Origin: Nitrosopumilus sp.
GTDB taxonomy: Archaea; Thermoproteota; Nitrososphaeria; Nitrososphaerales; Nitrosopumilaceae
Length of the DNA stretch: 64,000 nucleotides
Assembly: GCA_965214775.1 (NCBI GenBank)
Contig: OZ243974.1
Span: 2,656,001-2,720,000, forward strand
Reading direction: 5' to 3'
Position numbers and translations under genes: made by a program
Shown here: positions 28,214 to 36,609 of the stretch, piece after piece
How positions within the stretch are numbered: the stretch's first letter is position 1
How the letters are laid out: the number at the start of each line of letters is the position of its first letter
Notes under the pieces: model-generated
What the model was told of the DNA's origin: nothing
Databases searched by the model: none
The model's input: only the letters and a program-made list of their open reading frames with translations

Positions 28214-29500
28214 ATGGTTTTTGTAAAGACTCACGATATAAACGAACTTACGGCTGAACTTATCGGAAACCAGGTGGTTCTTGGCGGATGGGTGGAGGAT
28301 TTTAGAAAATTAGGCAAGATGTCATTTATCACACTGCGCGATGTGACAGGAATCTCCCAGGTCATCGTCAAGGGGCAACTAAATGACAGACTGGGTGAGA
28401 TAAACCGTCAAAGCGTCGTTTCCGTAAAAGGAGTGGTTCAGGAAACCAGAGCACGTGACTTTGCTTTTGAGATCAAGGCAGACGAAATTGACGTGTTGGG
28501 CAAAGCAGTTCATCCATTGCCAGTTGATCCCATCGGCAGAGTTCAAAGCAACATCGATACAAGACTGAATCATCGTGCATTAGACATGAGAAACCAGAAA
28601 ACAGCATCCATCTTCAAGATGAGACACCATGTGCTGCAATCATTGAGAAAAACTTTGGCCGAGAAAAAATTTATCGAGATCACAACTCCAAAAATCATCG
28701 GCAGTGCAAGCGAGGGCGGTGCAAATCTGTTTTCCTTGGAATACTTTGGACAAACCGCATACCTGGCACAGAGCCCTCAGTTGTACAAAGAACAGATGAC
28801 AGTTGGATTGGAAAGAGTCTTTGAGATTTCAAACTTTTATCGCGCAGAAAACTCCCACACAGGACGGCACTTGTCAGAATTTACCAGCATCGACATAGAG
28901 GCGGCATTCATGGATTACAATGATGTAATGGATGTGCTAGAATCGCTGGTAATAAATGTCTACAAACACACTTTTGAGAACTGCAAGGCAGAGCAAGAAG
29001 CAATCGGCCATGCCATAAAAGTTCCAAAATCGCCATTTGACAGAGTTACATACTCTCAATGCGTTGATGAACTCAAGGGTGTCGGCCAGAAGATTGAATT
29101 TGGGGATGACCTGTTGGATTCGCATCTCAGGATCATCGGCGAGAATCATCCGGGACTCTTCTTTCTGACTGACTGGCCAATGAAACTCAAACCGTTTTAC
29201 ATCAGGGAAAAAGACGAGGATCCGGAACTGTCACGCTCATTTGACTTGCAGTACGGGTATTTGGAGCTGTCATCTGGCGGAACCAGACTCCACAATCCAG
29301 ACACCCTCAAAGCGCGTCTAAAAGAGCAGGGTCTGGATCCGGCACAGTTCCAAGACCACCTAAAGACCTTTGATTGGGGAATGCCTCCGCATTCAGGTTG
29401 GGGCATGGGATTAGACAGGCTGATGACCACGCTGATTGGCATTGACAATGTCCGCGAAGTTGTGCTGTATCCAAGGGATCCAGACAGATTGAAGCCTTGA
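28214..29500 (+). CDS. aspS: aspartyl-tRNA synthetase, archaeal type
   Basis: OB fold, ASEGGA, LAQSPQLYK, YRAE, RHLSEF and GMPPHSGWGMGLDR motifs. Confidence 0.97.
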   Translation: MVFVKTHDINELTAELIGNQVVLGGWVEDFRKLGKMSFITLRDVTGISQVIVKGQLNDRLGEINRQSVVSVKGVVQETRARDFAFEIKADEIDVLGKAVHPLPVDPIGRVQSNIDTRLNHRALDMRNQKTASIFKMRHHVLQSLRKTLAEKKFIEITTPKIIGSASEGGANLFSLEYFGQTAYLAQSPQLYKEQMTVGLERVFEISNFYRAENSHTGRHLSEFTSIDIEAAFMDYNDVMDVLESLVINVYKHTFENCKAEQEAIGHAIKVPKSPFDRVTYSQCVDELKGVGQKIEFGDDLLDSHLRIIGENHPGLFFLTDWPMKLKPFYIREKDEDPELSRSFDLQYGYLELSSGGTRLHNPDTLKARLKEQGLDPAQFQDHLKTFDWGMPPHSGWGMGLDRLMTTLIGIDNVREVVLYPRDPDRLKP

Positions 29501-29737
29501 GTTTTGAGAAAGACATTCATTCATGCACTCAAGGCAGCAGCACTGCAGAAAGCAGGGCAGAAAATTAAAAGACTGCAAGAGTGCAAGGATTTGGCTAAAA
29601 AACGGTTGTGAGATGACAATGTCGAAGGTACTGTATCAAGACTGAAAAAACCCGTGGAAACTAGAGCAGAAACACCGACTAGTTCCAAGAGCTCAGGCAG
29701 ATTCAAATTTTTATTGTGTCGTTGTTTTGGAGTGATT

Positions 29738-29986
29738 ATGATAGAGCAAGAAGACGCAAAAAAAGTAGCAGAAGTAATTGGAAACAATCTGATCGGAGTC
29801 TCGCATGATTCGGCCAGTTTTTCCAAGTTGCCAGATGATTTTTGGGGATATTTTGCAAGAGGCCACGACGCAAAGGGAAACTTTGGCGTAATTGTTACCT
29901 ATTCGGAGGACCGAAAAGACGTTGATGAGTTGATCAAAATGTACGAGGAATGGGCAGTAAAACACAAGGGCAATGATTCAGAATAG
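29738..29986 (+). CDS. hypothetical protein
   Basis: MIEQEDAKKVAEVIG.., 82 aa with core-like codon use. Confidence 0.65.
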   Translation: MIEQEDAKKVAEVIGNNLIGVSHDSASFSKLPDDFWGYFARGHDAKGNFGVIVTYSEDRKDVDELIKMYEEWAVKHKGNDSE

Positions 29987-29989
29987 AAA

Positions 29990-30121
29990 CTATTTTGTTT
30001 CTCGCAATAGTTTTCTGTAACCCTGGCACTCTTTGCATATGGGCTTTCCCTTGTATTTCGGGTTGCCGTCTTTGATTTTTAGTGTTCCCTCAACCAGTTT
30101 GCAGATGCAGCACTTTGCCAT
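29990..30121 (-). CDS. small zinc-finger protein (43 aa)
   Basis: MAKCCICK..PICKEC has two CxxC motifs; read manually. Confidence 0.6.
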   Translation of the reverse strand: MAKCCICKLVEGTLKIKDGNPKYKGKPICKECQGYRKLLRETK

Positions 30122-30279
30122 CAATTAAAGGATAGTTGTGTGGCTAATAAATTTACAAGTTGCCTGTCGTGCAAAAGATATGTCCTCATCCTCCTCCTCG
30201 AATCAGCAGGCCTTTTGCCAAAGATTGCTGCGTGTCAGTTCTGGCTCTAATTCCGAGTCGACTCAGCGGACAGCTCACA

Positions 30280-30549
30280 TCAGGTGATTTTTCTGGGATT
30301 TTTAGCCCTGTACCTGATCCAGACGGCTAGGATAAAAATTCCATATCCTGGCAGAACCAAAAGCAGCATAACGTTAAGCGGGACGTTTTTCCAGCAGTTG
30401 CTACGATCGGCTTCGGGGTACCATGCCGGATAGAAACAGGCATCCGGCGTGTGCTGCGCACCTATTATGACAGTGGCAAAGAAAGCAAACGACAGTGCCA
30501 ATCCTGTAATTACAAAAAATGTACGAGAAAACTTCAACGCATGTTTCAT
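30280..30549 (-). CDS. small two-helix membrane protein
   Basis: Two hydrophobic segments around a loop with two Cys. Confidence 0.55.
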   Translation of the reverse strand: MKHALKFSRTFFVITGLALSFAFFATVIIGAQHTPDACFYPAWYPEADRSNCWKNVPLNVMLLLVLPGYGIFILAVWIRYRAKNPRKIT

Positions 30550-30585
30550 TACTCGACGATAATTTTTGTGCGTTCACAGGCAAAT

Positions 30586-30666
30586 AGACTTTATGCGTAA
30601 TCGATCTGAATGAGACGAATTTGTTCGTAATAATCCTGGATCTGAACCGATTACGCATAAAGTCTA
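30586..30666. mobile_element. MITE family C (81 bp, from the ISL2-like element)
   Basis: Inverted repeat AGACTTTATGCGTAATCG; 3-bp duplication AAT. Confidence 0.9.
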
Positions 30667-30775
30667 ATACGGGTTTGCCGGCCCGCCGCCGTAGGGTCGC
30701 GGTGGTCTTTGTAGGAGTTACATTCCTGTCTACTGTAAACTGACAAGATTGAATGATTTTTTGCGCTTCTGACTG

Positions 30776-31024
30776 CTATTCATAGACACTACTTCTGTGT
30801 CCTGCTGATACAGCATACACTAGCAGTTTGCGTCTGACTAGTTGCATGATTACTCGGTAGTTGCCTACACGTAAGCTATTCAGCGGAGCTCCTTTGAGCC
30901 TTTTTGTAAAACGAAAAGGATCCTCTGCACACTCTTCAACTGCATCAATAATCCCTTGTTGCTGCGTTTTGTCAATCTTTGAAAATTCTTTGATGGCCTT
31001 GTCGGACCAATCTATGTCCCACAC
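30776..31024 (-). CDS. relE: RelE/ParE family toxin
   Basis: KRLKG, LRVGNYRVI and GHRSSVY motifs. Confidence 0.9.
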   Translation of the reverse strand: MWDIDWSDKAIKEFSKIDKTQQQGIIDAVEECAEDPFRFTKRLKGAPLNSLRVGNYRVIMQLVRRKLLVYAVSAGHRSSVYE

Positions 31025-31026
31025 GT

Positions 31027-31254
31027 CTATTTGAGTCCGAATTTCTTTTTTACATCATTGTGTGACATGATGCGACCACTTTTGATGTCTTCTAGTCCTT
31101 TTTGTACATCTGCAAGCTCTTGTTTAGTTAGAATTACATCCTTGTTGTAGTGCTCCAGAATGCGTACCACTACACTTTCCAGAGGTTCCTTTGGATAGTT
31201 GCGGTGACTTGCAAGCTCTTCTTTAACTTTTAAAGACATTTTTACCGTGCTCAT
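31027..31254 (-). CDS. antitoxin partner of RelE
   Basis: MSTVKMS..VKEEL N-terminus and GLEDIKSGRIMSHNDVKK tail; 2 bp upstream of the toxin. Confidence 0.8.
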   Translation of the reverse strand: MSTVKMSLKVKEELASHRNYPKEPLESVVVRILEHYNKDVILTKQELADVQKGLEDIKSGRIMSHNDVKKKFGLK

Positions 31255-31290
31255 TTATACTACGATATACCATGGTGCCGTATGGTATAA
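31255..31290 (-). promoter_or_regulatory. putative TA operator palindrome
   Basis: TATACCAT-N8-ATGGTATA at 31266-31289, immediately upstream of the antitoxin. Confidence 0.5.
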
Positions 31291-31848
31291 TAACATGATC
31301 ATTTGTGTAGTTTGTTGCATAACTCCGACTAGAGCCAAGTCAGTCCGCCCGGATCATGACCGGCGCCCGGTTCCTACACGGCAGCCACCGCCTCTGCGAT
31401 CCACTTGTTGTACAGCCATATCCTCAACTTTACCTCCTGCACTATATTGGACCACTTGAGGGCCATTACACATTCGCCGAACATACGCTTTATGGCCGAT
31501 ATCACGATCTCGACGATCCATCTGCTGCCAAAGCCGACCGTGCTCTTCCAGTACCGCAGGTTCTCCTGTCTTTCCTCCTTTGAGAGATCACCCACCGGCA
31601 CCTCGGGGCCGCCCCCGAGCTGCCATCGCACCAGCCGGCCCCACTTGTCGCCGGTGCCCTTGCCCCTTGCATTGCAACTTGTCAAAAGCCGTATGAGCGG
31701 TTTTATGCCGCGTTTGTGGCACTCGGCCACGTTCTTCCTTGAGCCGTATGCGCCGTCTGCAAGCAGGATCTTTCCCGGTATATCTGGATTCGCGCCGGTA
31801 CCGAGTACAACCAGCGGCTATGTCCCGTCTGCAAGCATGTTGGGGATC

Positions 31849-32129
31849 TTGACTGCATCCGCGCTGTCGGTGCGGTTCTGCTCCTCTTCCTTCTTGATGT
31901 TCTTGACTGCATCCGCGCTGTCGGTGCGGTTCTGCTCCTCTTCCTTCTTGATGTTCTTGACTGCATCCGCGCTGTCGGTGCGGTTCTGCTCCTCTTCCTT
32001 CTTGATGTTCTTGACTGCATCCGCGCTGTCGGTGCGGTTCTGCTCCTCTTCCTTCTTGATGTTCTTGACTGCATCCGCGCTGTCGGTGCGGTTCTGCTCC
32101 TCTTCCTCCTTCTCTTCCTTGATGTTCTT
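31849..32129. repeat. 54-bp tandem repeat, about 5 copies
   Basis: Encodes KNIKKEEEQNRTDSADAV in the transposase frame. Confidence 0.95.
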
Positions 32130-32246
32130 GGCCGCCTCCTCAAGCAGTGCCGGCAGTTCCGTGCTGTCGCCGATTGCATCACTTGTGACAGATACTGCCA
32201 GCACCTGCTTGGTGTCTGCATCAACCATCAGGTGCATCTTTCTATT

Positions 32247-33802
32247 AGACTTTATGCGTAATCGACCGTGATTAAAAATTCCGTAGGCTTTTCCAAACGC
32301 AAATGCGCTGATCGGATCAAATTACCGCATGCATCTCGTGTCATGACGCACGTAAAAGCCAGTTGCGCCAAAAGAACGTGCGCAACCATGCAGCACGGCA
32401 ATGTGCCCCGCTGACAAGTCAGAAAGAATGGCGGTCCGTACCGCCGTATGTCATGTGTCTGGCAGCAGATACAGCTGCTGCAGCAGCTGGCCATAGTATT
32501 TTTTCCTTTTCAACATCGTCTTGAGGTTCTCAAGACCCGTGATTATCTGCATGAAATAGTTTAGATCCTTGGCAGTCCCGCCAAACGGCATGGTAAGAAT
32601 GCCATATCTTTTGAGCCGCCCTATGTGGTGCTCCACCCTGACGTGAACCCTGCTTATCTGCCTGCGGCGCCTCTTTTGCGTTGCAGTAAGATCCCCGTCC
32701 CTGGGCTTCTTTGGGGGCTGCCTGTGTATGGCGCCCGGAAGCATCTTTTGAATGCCCTCAAATCCCAGGTCGCTGTAAATCACAAACGCCTCTTCCGGAT
32801 CGTCTGCGTTTTTTGCATTCCTCATTGATCCGGTGTGCCTTCCAAAGTCCGGGCCGCCCCCTGCGTTCATCACGCCCTTGTCGTTGACGCTTCCGTCCAC
32901 AGTCTTGCCGCAGTGCAGTATGAGGCCGTCCAGGTTCGAGGTAATTATCGTGTTGAACATGTGCCGCTTTTTTCTTCCCGAATATCTGGTCTTTCTTGCG
33001 GTCCTGTCCCCGGGCCTGTCTACCGGAGTCAGGGTGCCGTCAATCAGGAGCGTCTTTTTTGGGATCAGCACCTCCTCCAGCTTGCCTGCCGGGGTCTTGC
33101 AGATGATGCTTGCTAGCTTTTCGGAGGCAGGCAGGAGCCGGCGCAGTAACACGGCACCGTACCGGAGGTACCTGGACATTGTGGACTGGTCGACGTCAAA
33201 TGTCGCAGCCAGATGATGCTGCGTTGCCTTGGTCCTTATGCTCATGAGTACTGCAAGCAGCGCGTGCCTGATGTACAGCTTGCACCGGTTTCCGGCATTG
33301 CCGCCTCTTACGTCGTCCTCCCAGAACAGGGGCCTGTCCTCGTCGTCCATGACTTCTTCCGTAAAGCGCTCCCGTATGATCGTAAATGACTCCTTTGTGC
33401 ATCCCGTGACGTTGCAAAGGCGCACCGGATCGCCGATTATGCCGTCTGCAACCTCGATTGCGTGCATCCGCAGAGGCGTTCGGCCGCGCACGACTCTTTT
33501 TGTCTTGTTTTCTTCGGACTGCCACAGCGAGTCCTCAAACGCAAGCTGCTTCCTCATACGCTCGTTTTGCTTGGACATCTGTTTGTTTTGCTTGGATACC
33601 TGCTCGTGTTGCTCGACTAGCATCTCGTGTTGCTCGACTAGCATCTCGTGTTGCGCTTGTAACGCTTGAAATGCTTGGAGAGTCTTGTCATTTGAGCCCA
33701 TACAGTTAGGGAATCATACAGATCTTTAGGGTTGTTGGTGTGCAAATAATGATCTATTGTGTCGTATTTTTAGATCAGATGGGCCGATTACGCATAAAGT
33801 CT
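32247..33802 (-). mobile_element. IS5 family (ISL2-like) element, copy 2
   Basis: Same inverted repeats as 18434-19918; duplication ATT. Confidence 0.92.
32451..33701 (-). CDS. IS5/ISL2-like DDE transposase
   Basis: Near-identical to 18638-19816, with a longer heptad N-terminus (QHEMLVE repeats). Confidence 0.9.
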   Translation of the reverse strand: MGSNDKTLQAFQALQAQHEMLVEQHEMLVEQHEQVSKQNKQMSKQNERMRKQLAFEDSLWQSEENKTKRVVRGRTPLRMHAIEVADGIIGDPVRLCNVTGCTKESFTIIRERFTEEVMDDEDRPLFWEDDVRGGNAGNRCKLYIRHALLAVLMSIRTKATQHHLAATFDVDQSTMSRYLRYGAVLLRRLLPASEKLASIICKTPAGKLEEVLIPKKTLLIDGTLTPVDRPGDRTARKTRYSGRKKRHMFNTIITSNLDGLILHCGKTVDGSVNDKGVMNAGGGPDFGRHTGSMRNAKNADDPEEAFVIYSDLGFEGIQKMLPGAIHRQPPKKPRDGDLTATQKRRRRQISRVHVRVEHHIGRLKRYGILTMPFGGTAKDLNYFMQIITGLENLKTMLKRKKYYGQLLQQLYLLPDT

Positions 33803-33880
33803 ATTGTACGAAAAGTCGGTCCGCCTAGGATCAGGAGGACAATGGCGGGCTATTTTAGGCTGTACCGATCACGAAAAACC

Positions 33881-34840
33881 ATGAAAAAAATATTGACAGA
33901 AGAGTCACGGCAGTACCTGGTAAGACAGTGCAAGAAAGGCGTCGCGTCCTCCAAGATAGCCAGGGATTTGAACATCACGGCAAGGCATGTAAGGAGGTTG
34001 TGGGCCAGGTTCCAGGCAACAGGTACGACGCGCGTGAAAATGGGCAGGCCGCATGTCCCGGTCACGGCAGCCCAGATACGTCTGGTGACCGGGACGCACG
34101 AGGGCGAACCGACAGGCGTACTGCGCACCGCAGGCAGGCTGAGGCACAATCACAATACAAGCTACCGTGCAGTATACCGCATAATGAAGAAGAACAACCT
34201 GGTGATTCCGTCTGCGGCAAAATCAAAAAAGAGGGGATACGTCCGCTTTGAGCGCAAATACTCCAACGCGATGTGGCACGTGGACTGGCATGAAATGAAG
34301 GATCCGCGCCTAAAGGGACTCAACCTAGTCACGTATCTTGACGATGCCTCAAGGTGCATTACGGGGGCCGCACTATTTGAGCATGCCACATCTGAGAACG
34401 CCGTAATGACGCTCAGGCTGGCGATTGAACGGTTTGGTGCGCCTGCATCCATACTGTCTGACAACGGCTCGTGCTTTGTAGGACAGAACGGCAGAAAAAA
34501 GGCAGCAGCCTCCAAAAGCCGCATCGGCGGCGGGGGGACGTGGCAGCCCACGCTCTTTGAGGAGGAGCTGCTTACACGGGACATCATCCTGATAAACACC
34601 AGGCCCTACCACCCGCAGACCAACGGCAAGTTGGAACGGTTCCATCGCACCATCGAGGAGGAGATATGGCATTATGACGGCCTGAGGCAGTACGTGGACT
34701 ATTACAACGAGAGAAGGCTTCACTTTTCGCTTGACATTGCCAACTGTGAGACGCCGCTTCTGGCGTTTAGAAGCAAGGAGGCAACGGAAGCGATCAGGAG
34801 GAAGGACCCAAAATGGATGGAGAGGGATGCAGATGACTAG
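33881..34840 (+). CDS. IS481 family transposase
   Basis: MWHVDW, LDDASR, SDNGSCF and HPQTNGKLER motifs. Confidence 0.9.
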   Translation: MKKILTEESRQYLVRQCKKGVASSKIARDLNITARHVRRLWARFQATGTTRVKMGRPHVPVTAAQIRLVTGTHEGEPTGVLRTAGRLRHNHNTSYRAVYRIMKKNNLVIPSAAKSKKRGYVRFERKYSNAMWHVDWHEMKDPRLKGLNLVTYLDDASRCITGAALFEHATSENAVMTLRLAIERFGAPASILSDNGSCFVGQNGRKKAAASKSRIGGGGTWQPTLFEEELLTRDIILINTRPYHPQTNGKLERFHRTIEEEIWHYDGLRQYVDYYNERRLHFSLDIANCETPLLAFRSKEATEAIRRKDPKWMERDADD

Positions 34841-35436
34841 CGGACCGACTTTTCATATACTACACATCAGGTGCATCTTGACGAATCCTCGCCTTACCTT
34901 CCATTTCTTGCGTATCCACTCGCCCCGGTTGTGCTGCTTGAGGCCCGTGGCGTCAGATATCATGACCAGGTTACAGGTCTTGTTGCACACCGTAATTATG
35001 TTCTCTGCAATATCTACGTCAAGCTTCTGTATCCTTCTGAATATCGTGGTGTAACACGGCGAGTCTGCACCCTTTAGCATCTCCCCGAGCATGCCTGACA
35101 GCTGCCTGTATTTTAGCATGAATGCGGTCCTGAGTGCGGCTGCGGCCATTATCATGCCTTCAGCGTACAGGAACGGGGCGCCCTCCTCCTTGTGGCAGTT
35201 GGCATCCTTGAGATCCTTCTCCCAGTCCGGGTTGTACTTGACGACCAGGCCTGCCCCTCTCTCTACGTACTTTGCATTGTCCGTGTGTGCCAATGTATAC
35301 CATACGAGGCATCCTCATGATCCATTACTTTTTCGGTCAGAATTAGTTGATCATTTTGGTGATTTTCGGTCAGATTTCAAATTTTAGGAAGGGTTATGCA
35401 ACAAACTATCTGTTTGCATTGCCTTTTATTTTAGTA

Positions 35437-36489
35437 TGTGTTATATGGAAATAATGTCCGCTATTCATTGATGTCCCTCTCCATCCATTTTGGGTCGGAT
35501 TTCCTGATCGCTTCTGTGGCAGTTTTGTCCGAGAACGCCATGATGGGTGTCTGGCGGTGGGCTATGTCCAGCCCAAAGTGTAGCCTGCGCTCGTTGTAAT
35601 ACTTGATGTATGCATCCAAGCTCTCATAGTGGCGGATCTCAGCCTCTATGCTGCCGTGGAACCGTTCCAACTTGCCGTTGGTCTCCGGATGGTACGGCCT
35701 GGAGTTTATCAGCCCGATGCCCCGATCCAGCAGCTCGGCCTCAAAGGCAGTCGGCGTCCACGTCCCGCGTGGCATGTTCTTCTTGCTGCGGCCGCCGTTG
35801 AAGCACCTGCCGTTGTCAGACAGTATGGTGGCCGGCTTGCCAAACCTGCCTATGGCCTCCCTGAGTGTTATCACCACGTTTTCTGATGTGGCATCTGCAA
35901 ACGTCCGTGCCGCCGTGACACACCGGGAGGAATCGTCCAAAAACGTGACTAATTTGAGCCCTCTCAGGCGTGGATCCTTCATTTCGTGCCAGTCCACGTG
36001 CCACATTGCGTTGGAGTACTTGCGCTCATAGCGCAGCCATTTCTTTTGGCCCGACTTGGTATCTGATGCGGCAACGAGTCCCTGCTCCTTCATTATCCGA
36101 TATACGCTGTTGTAGCTTATAATGTGACCTGCATCCTGCAGGCGCATGGCAGTGCGCATCACGCCCACGTGCTCTATACAGTGCATGTCCAAGACTGCCT
36201 GCACCTGGCCTGCCGCGGGCTGCGGTGCGGCCTTTCTTCCAGCCTTTTGTTGCACATGCATCTTTCCGGTCCGGCGGTACCTGGCGTAAATCCTCCTCAC
36301 GTGCCGTGGCGTCACCTTCATGTCACGGGCCAGCGACGTGGCGCTCTTTCCGGCATTACGTCCCTTGACGATATACCTGATCTCTTTGTCCGACATCTTT
36401 CTTGTCATGTCTTTATCTGATCGGTACAGCCTGAAATAGTCAGCGATCGTACGCCTTATCTTAGGCGGACCTAATTTCTGTATAAGACA
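35437..36489 (-). mobile_element. IS481 family element, apparently intact
   Basis: TGT..ACA imperfect inverted repeats; 15-bp duplication CCTTTTATTTTAGTA. Confidence 0.92.
35461..36408 (-). CDS. IS481 family transposase
   Basis: MWHVDW, LDDSSR, SDNG and HPETNGKLER motifs. Confidence 0.9.
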   Translation of the reverse strand: MTRKMSDKEIRYIVKGRNAGKSATSLARDMKVTPRHVRRIYARYRRTGKMHVQQKAGRKAAPQPAAGQVQAVLDMHCIEHVGVMRTAMRLQDAGHIISYNSVYRIMKEQGLVAASDTKSGQKKWLRYERKYSNAMWHVDWHEMKDPRLRGLKLVTFLDDSSRCVTAARTFADATSENVVITLREAIGRFGKPATILSDNGRCFNGGRSKKNMPRGTWTPTAFEAELLDRGIGLINSRPYHPETNGKLERFHGSIEAEIRHYESLDAYIKYYNERRLHFGLDIAHRQTPIMAFSDKTATEAIRKSDPKWMERDINE

Positions 36490-36540
36490 CCTTTTATTTT
36501 AGTACAATCTGAATTTTGTTTTTGAGACACATATGGTTAC

Positions 36541-36578
36541 CACAGATAATCAGAATTTGCTAATTTTGAATCAACTCT
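36541..36578. mobile_element. MITE family A right-end fragment
   Basis: CACAGATAATCAGAATTTGCTAATTTTGAATCAACTCT. Confidence 0.7.
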
Positions 36579-36609
36579 GCGAAGGTTCGGCCTGCCGTGA
36601 TCGCACAGG

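Larger units (their letters stand above)
32241..34864 (+). mobile_element. IS481 family element with its left end interrupted
   Basis: Ends TCTATTGTACGAAAAGTCGGTCCGC / GCGGACCGACTTTTCATATACTACA; 15-bp duplication CATCAGGTGCATCTT. Confidence 0.9.
31309..35407 (-). mobile_element. IS5 family (IS903-like) element with two nested IS
   Basis: Inverted repeat AGTTTGTTGCATAAC; transposase pieces 35293-34865 (DATG..GEW..KMHL) and 32240-31374 (ADGAY, RWIVEIV), with an in-frame TAG at 31818-31820. Confidence 0.85.

Noticed and set aside
31818-31820. In-frame TAG as recoding
   Set aside because: A single stop in an already disrupted transposase; an ordinary nonsense mutation is simpler.
31849-32129. 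CRISPR or guide array call for the 54-bp repeats
   Set aside because: Units are identical head-to-tail with no spacers and are in frame in a transposase.
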